A stretch of DNA of 20,846 nucleotides from Chiloscyllium plagiosum (Eukaryota). The translations under genes were made by a program, and so were the position numbers. The notes under the pieces are model-generated. The model ran no database searches and was not told the DNA's origin. It saw only the letters and a list, made by a program, of their open reading frames with translations. The DNA lies in the NCBI RefSeq assembly GCF_004010195.1, contig NC_057718.1, forward strand, positions 102,346,079-102,366,924. Reading direction: 5' to 3'. Each line of letters begins with the position of its first letter. Positions within the stretch are counted from its first letter, which is position 1. Shown one piece after another: positions 1 through 13,158 of the stretch.

Positions 1-129
1 CCCATCTCTATCCCCTCCCTCTCTCCTAAACTTCCCCCAACTCCTAGACCTCTCCTTATCACTATAACTTCCCCACTGCCCTTTCAAACCTCCCCACCAC
101 TGTCAACTCCTCCAGCCTCACAACCCACC

Positions 130-412
130 ACAATACTGGTACTCCTCTACCTCCGGCCATTTGATCATCCTGATTTTAATCCCTTCACTGCTGGCAGCCA
201 TGCCTTCAGCTACACAAGCCCTTAGTTCTTCAATTTCTTCAGTAAATGTCACCTTGCCTCAGTTTCTCCTCCTTAAACCTTACCTCTTTGACTAAGTTTT
301 CTTCATTGGTTCTATTATCTCCTGATGTGGTTCGGTTTGCTCTAAAGCACTTCTGTGAAGCATCTTGGGGTGCTTGACTACATCAAAGGCAGGGTATGAG
401 CACAAGTTGTTT
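130..412 (+). mobile_element. Old L2-like LINE 3' end
   Basis: gccttcagct...ccttaaaccttacctctttgac...gtgaagcatcttggg...caagttgtt resembles L2-type tails (from recall). Related pieces at ~3990-4150 and ~11660-11790. Confidence 0.5.
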
Positions 413-789
413 TTCTAGAGCTGCCTCCTTAAGTTGAAGTTCAAGATGACAACACAGAGACAGCATTAACTCCAGAAAGCAACTAATGATAACAATATAA
501 GGAGTTTTAGAGCCACTCACATCACTAAACAAAACTTGGGATTACACCCTATGACAAGCCAGTGATCCCAGAGTTTATTTTGTATCAAAGAGTAATTACC
601 ACTTCCTCCACTCAACATCAGTGTGGTTTAGTGAGACAGATAGGTGAAGGTAGCACTGCCAGAAAATGCGAGGCTGTACCTAAATCAATATACCAAACAC
701 CAATTGCAAACCTCCAAAGTCCTTGAATCTGTATAGCACTCATTACAAATCAGGATGTCTGAAAATGTTTCAGTCAGGTCCTCTCCTGC

Positions 790-2210
790 TCTTCTAAGAG
801 TGTCACAGATATCCTGGAACTTAAATCATAACGTTAGTCTGCAGCTGCAGTGAGGGATTGGTAAGGTAAATGGAATGTTACCTTTTATTGCCAGGGGAAT
901 GGAATATAAAAGTAAGGATGTTCTGTGACAGCTGCATTTTGCACAGGTGAAACCTTAGCAGGGGTACCGTGTGCAGTTTTGGTCTCCTTATTTAAGAAAG
1001 GATGCAATTGTATTATAGGCAGTTCAGAAAATGAGACGGCTATTTATGAGGAAATATCAGACAGGCTGTGCTCCATCTACTGGAATTTAGAAGATAAAAA
1101 GTGCTGACTTTTCAGGCTAGAAGGTGGCGTGTAGTGGTTAGTATTGAGACGCTTGCCTTTTCTGACATACATAAATGATGTAGATCTTGATGTATAGTGG
1201 ACAATTGTGAAATTTGTAGATGACCCAAAACTTGGAAAAACTGTATTCAGTGGGGAGGACAGTGTAGAACATCAACAGAACATTGACGTGTTGGTGGGGT
1301 GGGCAGATGGGTAGCAGGACAAGTGAGAGGTGATGCACTTGGATACAAAGATCATGGAGAGTCAGTATAAAATAAAGGATACAATTTGAAAAAGTGTGCA
1401 GGAGTAGAGAGACTTGGATGTGCCTCACTATGTGAAATACATGAATGCATTGCTGGGGGGTTGCAAAAGGTTATCAGAATGGTGACATGGATGGGACACT
1501 TGAGAAATGAGGAAAATGTGTAGAAGTTGGGCATGTTTTTCCAGAGAGAGAGGCAAATAGGAGATTTGATGACAGTTTTCAAGAACCTGAGTGGATAGGG
1601 AGAAACTATTCCCGCTCATAAAAGGATTTACATCTAGAAAGCACAGTTTTAAAGTGTTTTGCAAAAAGAAGCAAATGTGAGGTGAGAAAAATCTTTTTCA
1701 TGCAGCGAATAGTAAGGATACAGAATGCACTGCTTGTGATGGAAGTAGGTTCTACTGAGGCATTGAAGAGGGCAATGGATGATTATTTAAAGAGAAACAA
1801 TGGGTAGAGCTAGCAGGGAGAAAGGCAGGAGGGTAGCATTAAAGTTAAAGCTCTTAGAGCCAGTGCAGACATAATGGGCTGAATGGTCTCCTCCTGCACT
1901 ATAACAACTGAGAGATTCTGTGAGGCATACAAGATCCCAAGAGGAGTTGAAAGGTTGGATGCTGAGAGGATTTCTCTCCTGTGGAAGAGACTAGAATTAG
2001 GCAGAGAATTTAAAAATAAGAGGCATTCTATTTCAGACATAGATAAGGATTATTTTTCTTACAGGGTTGAGAATTTTTGGAATTGTCTTTCCGAGAGGAG
2101 TGCAGATGAAATAACTGAATATTTTGAGGTAACCATCATCAACTGTGATCTTACTGAATGGTGGCACAGGGTAGAGGGGCCAAAAGGCCTACGCTTGCTT
2201 TAAATCTGTG
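790..2210 (+). mobile_element. Cluster of decayed CR1-type LINE fragments (one at ~1110-1910 apparently nested in another)
   Basis: Degenerate RT and C-terminal motifs (tttgtagatgac, gtgcagttttggtctcct, ggttgagaatttttggaa) and two 3' tails (gggctgaatgg ~1877, ggggccaaaaggcctac ~2176). Boundaries approximate. Confidence 0.75.
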
Positions 2211-2623
2211 TGTTAACACAGGGCCTTTAGCTGCATCCGAGAAGGCAGAAATTGCCTCAGTGAAATATCCCAGCTAAGTGGCAGTGGACTCCTCTACCAA
2301 AGTGTAAGATTTAAAAACTCTGATCTTCACAATGTCAGGTTTTCAAATCTATTTTAAAAATGTAAAGACATTATTGCAAAACCTACAGCAGTTTGATCTT
2401 TCTTTCCATTTAGAAACAGCAGTGACAGTATGACATGGTATGATATTTGTTTTGTCACACTAATGATCAGAAGTTTAGATCTGCAGACAGCAAAGAAGGT
2501 GCATGACTCAACAGCCATAAAAGGATATTTCTGGACAAAAAAGTATTATAGCATTAAACAAAAACTCAATTAGAATTATTTGCTGTTAATGCAGCAAGCA
2601 TCTTTCGTAGTCTGCAGTCCTAC

Positions 2624-2753
2624 CTTTTTTACTGACTGCCGATGAAGAGTCTTGCATTTCTGCAGTAACTTGCAGCATCCAAGCTGGCAAGATTCTTTTC
2701 CTCTGTACAGTGGCTGGTGCTGCATGACCACTCTTCAACTGCTCGCTCTCTGA
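2624..2753 (-). CDS. APLF: APLF coding exon 5 (SESEQLKSGHAAPATVQRKRILPAWMLQVTAEMQDSSSAVSKK-G), Ku-binding motif
   Basis: Not in the ORF track; translated by hand. Acceptor gttcttttag|, donor AAG|GTAGGA, 130 nt, phase 0/1. RKRILPAWML (2673-2702) matches the APLF Ku80-binding motif (human RKRILPTWML). Confidence 0.93.
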
Positions 2754-5063
2754 CTAAAAGAACACAAGATTGGCTTGGTTAGCAGAAGATGGGTCACACT
2801 AGCTCAACTTATTTTAATACTTGTCTCAAATGGGATTAGAAAATTGAAACATTACAACAGAATCCAATCACATCGTATTTCAAGAGTGACAGTCATTTCA
2901 TTGTGATCAGGACCTAAAGCTGTGACCAAATGATTTTTCTTGACTTAATAACTGAGCTGAAAGCACTGATGTTAACTGAAGGTCTAAGGTGAGGTGCTAA
3001 CCTATATGATTCAGCAGCTTACGAGAGGACTTTATTGATACATTATGAAAGCCCGAAGCAGTAATTTTCAATGTTTGTTAGAAAGGACTTCTCTTGTTTA
3101 CTTGGCTATTGCTAAAAAAAAGTTTTTTAAAAAAAACTTGACTGAATTATCAACTTCTAAAGTCTAGAAGAAAGGGCAGTAAAAGACTACATTTTTAGAG
3201 AACAATCAGAAAGCTTTCAGTTGTTTCTTTCAATTCCAAGAACCTTAAATTCATATTTCATGAAATCAAACTTCTAGCTTGTTCCTACAAGATTGGAGCA
3301 AACCATGTACTTTGTGGATCAAATTTCCCAATTGGGAAATGGATTCAGAACATTTTAAGCAACTATTTGTCTGCAAGTGCGGAGAGTACCTGCTGTTGCA
3401 AAGTCGGGCTAACTGAACTAACGAATACCCATTAAGACCATCAGCATAAACTGCATTAATCTTCCAGACTCCTGATATGAAGAAAACGACTGGTATTTAT
3501 ATGACACTTTGCATGACCATTTAGTGTCTGTAATGATCTGGAATTAGAGAAATAATGCAAATTGGCAATGGCAACGAGCTAAGACAATCAAACCAGGGCA
3601 AGGTGTGAAGTGGAAGGGATTAAAAAGGACTTTAGTTGAGTGTAAGTAAGTATTTGTGTTTATTTCAAATAATTGGTTATAATTCTTTCACCTGTGTGTA
3701 GCTTTGCTTCATTATAATTTCAGTAATTTGCATGATGTGTAATAACCAAAAAGAAATCAAGTTAGAAAAAGTCACTGTATAAAAGCACGCATACAACAAC
3801 TGTGACGTCTAAGTGAGGACCTTATCCTACTTTCTTTTCATTCACCCATGAGACATGGGCACCACTGGCTGGCCAGCATTTATTGCCCATCCCTAGCTGC
3901 CATTGTTATAAATGGATGCGTGCATACATTTTTTTTTAAGGCAATAAGATGAATTTAAGAAGAGGATTCTAAATCTCCCCTGTGCTTTCAGCCACATTAA
4001 AAAACCCAGAATGTCCTTCTCCTCCTTTAACAACTACTCTCAAAACACATCCTGGTCAAACCTTTGGTAACCTTTGACTCTGTGTATCTTTGTCGTCTGT
4101 GCCTCTGAAGGTCCTTGGGTCAGTTTACAACATTAGAAAGTTCTATTTAACTGAAAACTGAAATTGCTATCACAGCAATTCAAACATTGTGATTTGAGAT
4201 GTACTGTCTGTGAACTTGGCTAAACAGCCTTAACATTCTTAAAAACTAGAACTAGATATAAAATTTAAAATGAAGTGGCAATGTTCTCTTCATACCACAC
4301 TTAATAGATAATATCAGGCAATTCAAATTCATTCAATAAGTGATCGCTGCATGGCAAGAATTCTTACTTTATAATAGACCATAAAAACTCTTCGGGTTTA
4401 CATCAAAGTGTTTGTGTTCTTTAATTTTTTAAAAAATGGTTAACAAAAATCTTACACTAATCATATTCATAATATTAGGGTGTAAAAGTGTGTACTTGGA
4501 CTGAGGCAAAGTGACAGCCTCTTTTAAAAACTCTACAGTGATCAAGGTAAAAGAGAGTTAGATTAAATAACAAATCAATTAAAAACAAACAGGACCATTT
4601 GGTTACAATTTTAAGTTAAATGGATGGATTTCACCCAAGTTGTTGTTCCTTTCATGCAAGCGGAGCATCAATAATTCAAATATGTAAATCAGTAATTCAA
4701 TCCAACCGACATGTACACTTGCAGCAGAAAAATTAGTAGATCGCAATCAGCATTCAGAACCAGCAACTCAATCTATTGCCTCCCTTGTCCGAGAGCTGTG
4801 GCAAATTGTGACTGACCCAAATAAGTTAGCCTACTTTAATATGTTTGTATACTTCAATATTAATTTGCTTACACTGAATAATCCTGCAGACCAAGTCAAA
4901 GATCCACAACAGTCCTAGTTCTAAAGCCTCAGACTGAATCCTAGAAGATTACAGGGAGTTGATCCAGTCCTACCTCAGCAGGTTCAGTATTAGACTGGGG
5001 TTAAATGAGTATTCATTGCTTTAAACATTTAAGTGTAAAATCTGTTAATCACATGACCCTTAC

Positions 5064-5271
5064 CACTTTCTGCAAGATGCCATTTGGTTCAATTCTGCTG
5101 GATTGCTGTCGGAAATAATTATCTGTTGTTAATGCCTCAGATGATGTAGTGGGTTTTTGCGAGTAACCCCGAGGTATATCTGGGCCCTCGCTGACATCCC
5201 CTTTCTCCTTATGCAAACTTCCTGCAGGATTAGATTGCTCATCATCCTCAAAACTTGACAGATCGCTGTTT
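5064..5271 (-). CDS. APLF: APLF coding exon 4 (R-NSDLSSFEDDEQ...GILQKV), disordered linker
   Basis: Acceptor ttgcag|A completes the split AG+A Arg codon, giving TLRNS as in human APLF. Open for 208 nt. Donor GTG|GTAAGG, phase 2/0, compatible with both neighbouring exons. The body is poorly conserved, so boundaries rest mainly on splice signals and phase. Confidence 0.8.
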
Positions 5272-6034
5272 CTGCAATGCATTAAAAGGTGGCATAAATG
5301 CATTTTCATAGACTGAAGAAAAATCTTCTAGACAGGAATCAAAATTCGTAATTGAATTTGCTTGTCAATATAATTACCATTTCAGGTTTCAGTGCAACAT
5401 GTGAATCTAAATTCCTTCTCGTAGTTTGGTTCAATTTAACACCACCTTTTAAAATCCACCAACTAAACAAATCTTTCTCTCAAAATACTATTGATTAATG
5501 AAGGCATTTTGAACAAAATATTTATAATTCATGTTTAATGAGTATTACAAATATTCAGTTACAAGTTTATAAATATACATTTATTTCGTCAAAGCATATT
5601 TTAAATATCCTCATACAGGTGAGAACCTACACTGGTAGTATAGTCTTATGCAGTATATAGTTGATTACACTTGTCACTAAAAGTGATTTCTGTCTTACAC
5701 TTCAAAGGTTTTATGAAAATAACATGGTGTTACAGAGACCCAAGTTACTTTATTCCAAAATGTATTTTACATATATATTTCACTAACTCTTAGAGCTAAT
5801 CAATTCAGGACACGGACAAAACTGAAGGATAGAAAGAGGTTTAAGGGAAGGGAAAAATGTCTGAGCCAAAAAAATACTGTTAAGAATAATTTTTATTATT
5901 AAGAACAAATTATAACCTTACTGCAATACTTATTTTCTATATAGAACAGAACTTCTAAAGCACTGAAGCACAGAAACAATTATCAAGTAGGATAATACAT
6001 TAACTTTTCTCCATTGTATACCTTCCAGAATTCT

Positions 6035-6712
6035 CAAGTGCAGAGGAATTGAGGAGTTCCAGTGCATCAGCTACAACAGATTTGCATGGAGGTACAGCAC
6101 TTAATTATGAAGTCTACTGGAATGCTATTGTTTATTATAGGAAGAACTGAAAATAAACGTAAGGATGCTACACTTCAGTTATACAGGGCTTTGTTAAAAC
6201 ATCTTGAATACTGTGTGTAGTTTGGATCTCTGTTTGAGGGAGGATGTATATGGGTTGGAGGTGGTTCAGAGGAGCTTTACTAGTCTGGATGGGTTGTCTT
6301 AGGTTGGACAGACTGGACTTTTTTTTCTACTGGGAGTTTAGAAGAGTGAGAGGTGACTTGATGGTAGCGAATATGATCCTGCATGGCCTCTACAAGAGTC
6401 GATACAGGAATGATGTTTGCTCCTGTGGCTGAGTCCAGAAGTAGAGAGCACGGTCTTAAAATTAGTGATTTTTCTTTCTCTCTCTCAAAATGTGGTGGAA
6501 TTTTGGAACACTGCCTCAGAAGGTGGTGGAGGCAATGTCACTGACTATGTTTGAAACAGAGGTAGATAATTTCATACAGGATAAGGGGAGTAAGGAATAA
6601 TCAGCAGTAGATGGCAATTTGAAGGATAAATATATCTACCACAATCTTATTGGATGGTGAAGCAGGCTTGAGGAGCCGAATGGACTGCTTCAGCTCCTAG
6701 TTCATATGATTC
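6035..6712 (+). mobile_element. CR1-type LINE 3' fragment
   Basis: Decayed ORF2 C-terminus (cttgaatactgtgtgtagttttgg) and tail gagccgaatggactgcttcagctcct. Confidence 0.8.
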
Positions 6713-7259
6713 TAAGCATTTTCACGGACAACAGAGCAAGTTTAAACACATTTATCCATCAATTTATGGCAACTGTGAAAACAGAACCAATCAATTCTCA
6801 TACAAAAATAGCTTAAGATACAAACTATTCAACATGAGTTTGATGATATATTGATCTAACTGTTCAAAGACATAGTTCACCAAAAATGACCATGGTAGCT
6901 TCTTATAACAGGGCTCAATGTGGTTTGAATTTGCTTATTGCATGGGAGTTGCACAGCTCCCAGAAACCAGCAAATTGTTATCTAAATCCTTGTTTTGCTG
7001 TTACAAATAGGAAAAAGTAAGCATTTTCTTATTAATGTGGCCCAGCTAACCAATTCACATTTAGGACTGAAAACATCTGGGTTACAACAGACTTCTACCA
7101 TACTGTCCTAACCTTTACAATATCGGAATGGGAAGTCAAAGGTTAGATAATGTAATGTTGTTAACTTTCTGTGAAAACATCACACCATTAATGTTGAATG
7201 CATTCATAGACAGAGATATGATTAATGTTCATTTGCTTCTGATTTAAAGATTAAGTCAC

Positions 7260-7420
7260 CTTAACGTCTGTTCGAAGCTGGGTAAGATTACTTTGAATAT
7301 GTATTTATCTGGCAGTAAAGAAAAAGAGTCTCCTGGGTTCAGCCAGTGCCATTCATCCTTAGCCAGGGGCAGAAACTGGTCTCCATTTGATGACCGATAG
7401 AAGCATGGATTGGTGTGTAA
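7260..7420 (-). CDS. APLF: APLF coding exon 3 (LHTNPCFYRSSNGDQFLPLAKDEWHWLNPGDSFSLLPDKYIFKVILPSFEQTL-R), end of FHA domain
   Basis: Acceptor ctttattccag|, donor AG|GTGACT, 161 nt, phase 0/2. HTNPCFY and LNPGDSFSLL-DKYIF match APLF. Confidence 0.95.
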
Positions 7421-8099
7421 CTGGAATAAAGAACAGAGATGAACAATATCTGATGCAAAATGACATCCTAACAATACTAAGTGGTTAAATAATGCACAGT
7501 TTCTCTATCTTGAGTCCAGAAAGGCTTTTCGGGAGGTCCACAAAATAGTTAATTCACCCTGCCACAGCTCACCTGTTGCTGAAATGATTAAATCATGCTT
7601 TTGTTAGCTAGAATTGATTTATTAAACAAGATTTACAAGCTGGAGTTGACCATTAGGCCTTAGAGCCTGTCTGGACCACCATTTGATAAGATCATGAATG
7701 ATCTGATTGTGGTTTGAGGTCTACTTCCTAGCCTGCCTATCACACACCCATCTCCAATATTACTGAAGTAGGGATACAAGTGATAATTGACAGTTAAACC
7801 TCAAACTTTCAACACAATTGGCAAACATTAATGAGTCTGAATCATTGTTTCTTCAACCACAGATGTTGCCTGACTTGCTGAGTACTTCCTGCATTTTCTG
7901 TTCAAATTGCTGGTTTCACATTGGTTTCTGAGGTTTCATTTTTGGAACTCCAACTATTTTTCCACAAAAACTGGATCATTTGTCTTAACAATAGCCATTG
8001 CAGAGACAGCAGTTTACAGAGGAAATTGTGTGAGTGACAAATAGCTACCATGAGATTTTCTTTTACAAGTTCACATAGGAGGAGGAGAAAGAGATTTGG

Positions 8100-9285
8100 A
8101 TCATTGAGTCACACAGCACAGAGAGACTCTCTTCGGTCCAACCAGTTCAGACCGACCATAATCCCAAACTAAACTAGTCCCACTTGCCTGCACTTGGCCT
8201 ATATTCCTCCAAATCTTTCCTATTCATGAGCTTATCCAAAAGTGTTTTAAACGTTGTAACTGTACCCGCATCTGCCATTTTGTCTGGAAGTTCATTCCAC
8301 ACACAAACCACTCTGTATATAAAAAAAAGTTGTCCCTCGTATCCTTTTTAAATCTCACCTTAAAAATATGTCCCCCGGTCTTGAAATTCACCATTATCGG
8401 GAAAAGACACTTGCCATTCACCTTAACCACACTCCTCACGATTTTAAGAACCCCAATAAGGCCATCACTCAATCACTTACACTCCAATGAAGACAGTCCC
8501 AACCTGTCCAGTCTCTCCCTATAATTCAAACTTTCCATTCCCAGCAACAGCCTGGTAAATGTTTTCTGAGCCCTCTCCAGCTTAATAATATCCTTCCTAT
8601 AACAGGGCAACCAGAACTGCACACAGTACTCCAGAAGAAACCTCACCAATGTCCTGTACAACCTCAAAATAACTTCCCAATTCCTATACTTAATGATCTG
8701 AGTAATGAAGGCAAATACCTTCTTAATCACCCTGTCTACATGTCATAAACCTCAAAGAATTACATGCCCGAATCCTTGGGTCCCTCTGTTCTACCACACT
8801 TCCCAAAGCTCATCTTTAACTGTCTAAGTCCTGCCCTTATTTGTTTCACCAAAACGCAATACCTTGCATTTATCCAAATTAAACTCCATCTGCTCCTCTT
8901 CAGCCCATTGACCCAATCAATCAAGATTTGTTTGTAATCTTCGATAACTTTTTCACTGTCCACTACACCACCAATTTTGGTGTCATCCGCAAATTTACTA
9001 ACCAGATCTTCTATATTCTCATTTAAATCATTTACATAAATGACAAACAAAACACCGATCCCTGTGAAGCACTGCTGGTAACAGACCTCAAGTCCAAAAA
9101 AAACAATCCTCCACCACCACCAACGTCTCCTGCCAATAAGCCAATTACATATTCAATTGGAAAGCTCACCCTGAATCCCATGCAATCTAACTTTACCAGT
9201 TAGTCTAGCATGCAGAATCTTTACCAAGACTTTACTAAAGTCCAAGTAAACAACGTTGCCTGCTCTGCCCTCAACGATCATTTTG
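8100..9285 (-). mobile_element. CR1/HER1 LINE fragment, frameshifted RT
   Basis: ORF remnants YLDFSK, IYVNDL, SKFADDTK, LEYCVQFW and RERLDRLGL, with the 3' tail near 8110-8150. Confidence 0.92.
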
Positions 9286-9536
9286 GTTACTTCCTGTGTT
9301 TTCTCTTTGCAGCCAGACACTTCTGCTGTGCTGTTCACAAACAAAGGCCATCATCCTCTTCCCAGGAACCAATCAACATGTTGTCAGGCAGTCATCGCTT
9401 AATATACAATTTATAATGCTCCTGGAAATTTTATTTTTAAAGCTGCAAACATCTCTGCACAATCTTCATGGCTTAAAACAATATGTTTTCCCATTTTGAG
9501 TCCACAGTCTAAAAAGAAAATGGCCTTTACATTGAC

Positions 9537-9699
9537 CAGGAGAAAGTGAGGACTGCAGACGCTGGAGATCAGAGTCAAAAGTGTGGTGCTGGAAAAGCAC
9601 CGGTCCGGCAGCTTCCTGATGAAGGGCTTATGCCCGAAATGTCAATTCTCCTGCTCCTCAGATGCTGCCTGACCTGCTGTGCTTTTCCAGCACCACATT
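9537..9699. mobile_element. Second copy of the Penelope-like fold-back family
   Basis: Homologous to 13159-13376 with partial inverted arms. Hammerhead core CTGATGA-A-GGGC-TTAT-GCCC-GAAAT-GTC at 9616-9643. Flanked by CTTTACATTGAC / CTTTACACTGAC (9525-9536, 9700-9711). Confidence 0.8.
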
Positions 9700-11418
9700 C
9701 TTTACACTGACTATAGTTGGAAATTGAAGTTGGACAGCTACATAACTAAAGGTAGTAGGAGGGTTTTAGTAACTTGAGGATCAAGTGGGATTATGTAGTG
9801 GATAGTTCAGCTGCACAGGCTTCTGCTACTTCACTGAGTAGTAAAGTGGATAATTTATGGGACAGAATGACATTAGCAGTCTCTGAGTTGAGGAAATAAT
9901 AATGACAACTTGTTCTTGCCCCTAACGACTGCCCTTGGATTGGTCAAGCCACAGATTGTTACAGAACTCAATGTCATCCAGAAGCCTGTACCCAAAAAAC
10001 ATCTTTCACCATCTGACCGTGAAAAACACAAAACCTGAAACCTCTGAAAGGAAAGAATTTCAAATCAACACCTAGTTCTACCCAATCAAACCAAAATTTT
10101 CAGACATCGTGTCAACGTTGCTAAAATAAAAATTAGAAGGATCAAACTTGTATAAAACTTATTTTAAAAAGCTATCTGGTTCACTAATGCCATCTGGGAA
10201 GGATATCTGCCATCTTTATCCAGCCTTACCTACATGGGATTGCAGACCCAAAGCAATGTTCTGCCCTCTGAAATAATCGAGCTGTTCACTTGGTCCAAGG
10301 CAGTTATGGGTGGGTAACTCTCACGCATGAAAGAATTTAGACAAGTATGACAAGAATTTTGGGTTCAGATTCCATAATTCCGTCTTTCTTTCATGTAGCA
10401 GATCAGTGACTGAAAACTAATAAGTCAATTTCTATTTTTCACTACGCTGGTTTTGTGACTTTATTTAAACAAATATTTTGGTAATTTCCTCCTGGTGTTT
10501 CAAATACTTAGAACATATCAAGTGATATGGAAGCAAATACCATCTTGCTCTGCTGGAACATGCTGTAGAGCCTCAACAGTTCTACAGTAAATAATGCAGA
10601 ATTTCTCAATATAAAACAAGCACGTTCATGTGTTACAATCACCAGTATTTACTTTGAAACAAATTCAATCTGACTTATACTAGAGAAATGTCATCTTAAT
10701 GCAGAAGGCCTGAATGGTCATCAATTGGACTATGCTAATCATTTGCCATTAAGATTTAAATTGAAGGGAAAATGATGGACACTGAATTTTCATGAATTAC
10801 CAACAAGTGGTGGGCATGTTTAAGAGTTTAATTTTCTAATTTAACAAAACGTATAAATATACTCCAAAAAAAACAGTCCAGATATAAAATTCTCTACTCC
10901 TGCTTAATCATTACCTTGCCTTCATTTATTTTCAGCAGAACTTTACAATATTAATAAAAATTAGGCCTATAACTTAATAGTTTCAGAATGGCCTAAATAA
11001 TTAATCATTACTAGTTACTGGTTATCCTTCAAAAAATTCCAATTTATACAGGAACATTGTAACATAAAACACACTTGCACAGGTCTAAAAAGAAGTTATC
11101 TTAACACAGTGCTGCATTAGAACAGATTAAATCCCAAGAGTATGAAGAACCATGCTGTCATTTTTATTTATGGCTTAAATAGATCCCACTACAGAAGGTT
11201 ACTGTTTTGTTTCTCCAGAGTTAATTTTAAACATGAAAAATATAAGTGATATAAAACAACAGTTGAACTGAGATAATGCTGTTAAATCTAATATTTTCTG
11301 AAGGAAAAGTGCTAATTTGCCTCAATGTATTTATAAATTTTATTTGTGGCTTCTGCTGCAGAAACCCATATCCACACTTGTGTTCTTTCTAAATTCCACT
11401 ATTCAGTAAGATTTTAAT

Positions 11419-11508
11419 AATGCTGGAAATGCTCAGCAGGTCAGGTAGCATCTTTGGAGTCAGAAACAGAATTAACATTTAAGATGTGGGGGCGAACCTT
11501 TCATCAGG
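11419..11508 (-). mobile_element. Degenerate Penelope-like fragment
   Basis: CAGCAGGTCAGGTAGCATC family core and a minus-strand CTGATGAAAGG box. A shorter related piece lies at ~7860-7900. Confidence 0.55.
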
Positions 11509-11839
11509 TCCACTATTTGAATGTTCTGCAATCAGCATCTAATTATCCATCCCTTGTAAATTTTGGCTCGCCCAAAGCTCTACATTTAATACCTTGTAAT
11601 AAGTACTGCAGGGTACTTATGAATCGGCCCTGCGCCCTCTTAGCTGGATTAGGAGCTAAACTTTATAACCTGAAAATTGAAACCCCATTTTAAAATCCTT
11701 CCAATACATTACATTACCTTGCCCTAACCCTATAATCTCCTCCAGCCTGAGGGCACAGAGATCCTTTCATACCTGCAACTGCAATCTCTTGCTCAGTTTA
11801 TATATGAACATACAAATTGAAGGAATAGGGCATTCAGTC

Positions 11840-12884
11840 GATGTGAGGCTGGAAGAGCACAGCATGTCAGACAGCATCCAAGGAGCAGGAAAGTTAACGT
11901 TTCCTGGGTCAATGGAAAGATTCTTGATAGTGTGGATGTGCAAAGGGATCTTGAAGTCCATGTACATAGATCCCTGAAAGTTGCCACCCAGGTTGATAGT
12001 GCTGTTAAGAAGGCATACGGTGTGTTAGGTTTTACTGATAAAGGAATTGAGTTTCGGAGCCGTAATGTCATGCTGCAACTACATAAAATGCTAGTGCGGC
12101 TGCACCTTGAATACTGTGAACAGTTCTGGTTGCCCTCTTACAGGAAGCATTGGAAAAGGTGCAGAGGAGATTTACCAGGATGTCGCCTGTGCTGAAGGAA
12201 AGGTTTTATGAGGAAATGCTGAGAGACTTGGGTTTGTTCTCATTGGAAAGAAGGCTAAGAGGGAATTTGATAGAGACATACAAGATGATCAGAGGAAGAC
12301 AGTGAAAGTCTTTTTCCTAGGATGATGACGTCAGCGTGTATGAGGGGGCATAGCTACAAATTGAGGGGTGATAGATTTAAGAAAGATATCAGAGGCAGAA
12401 TCTTTACTCAGAGAGTGGCAAGGGTGTGGAATGCCCTGCCTGCCAATGTAGTTAACTCGGCCACATTAGGGAGATTTAAACAATCCTTGGATAAGCACAT
12501 GGATGATGATAGGATAGTGTAGGGGGATGGGCTTAGATTAGTTCATAGATCAGCGCAACATCAAGGGCTGAAGGCCTGTTCTACACCGTATTGTTCTATG
12601 TTCTACGTTCTAAAACCTTTGTCAGGACCAAGGAGGGGGAGGGGAAGGGGAAGGGGAGCCCAGATGTAAATAGAGGGAGAGGGGTGACACTTCCCCCAGC
12701 GTCAACCCCATCCCTCTATTTACTTTTGGGTTCCCCTCCCCCTCCCCAGTCCTGACAAAGGTTTTCAGCCCGAAACGTTAACTTTCCTGCCCCTTGGATG
12801 CCCTCTGACCTGTTGTGCTCTTCCAGCCTCACATCTATTGACTCTGACTTCTGGCATCTGCAGTCCTTACTGTCTCCCTGTTGC
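11840..12884. mobile_element. Older Penelope-like fold-back element whose left arm is split by a LINE
   Basis: Left arm 11840-11903 plus 12612-12688 is the imperfect reverse complement of 12701-12835. Degenerate hammerhead at 12752-12779. TSD-like ATAGGGCATTCAGTC / ATAGGCCATTTAGTC (11825-11839, 12885-12899). Confidence 0.75.
11905..12611 (+). mobile_element. 5'-truncated CR1/HER1 LINE
   Basis: ORF remnants VQRDLEVHVH, HLEYCEQFW and FTQRVARVWNALP. Ends in GGGCTGAAGGCCTGTT and a (TGTTCTA)n-type tail. Confidence 0.92.
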
Positions 12885-13158
12885 ATAGGCCATTTAGTCC
12901 CTTAAGCCTGGTCCACTTTCCAGTAAGATCATGGCTGATTGGATTGTGACCTCTACTCCACTTCCCTGTCTACTCCAACACCCTTTGAACCCCTTGTTGT
13001 CGAGAAACTATCTCTGCCTTAAAAATATTTCATTCATCCTGCCTCTATCACACTTTGGGGAAGACAGTTCTGCAGACTTTCAACTCTTAGAAACAAATTC
13101 TCATCTCCATCTTAAATGAGAGATATCTTTACTTTTAAACTGTATTCTTCTAGTTTAT

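Noticed and set aside
1..130. C-rich stretch as a functional element
   Set aside because: Low-complexity sequence adjoining an old LINE tail, with no periodic unit or exon signal seen.
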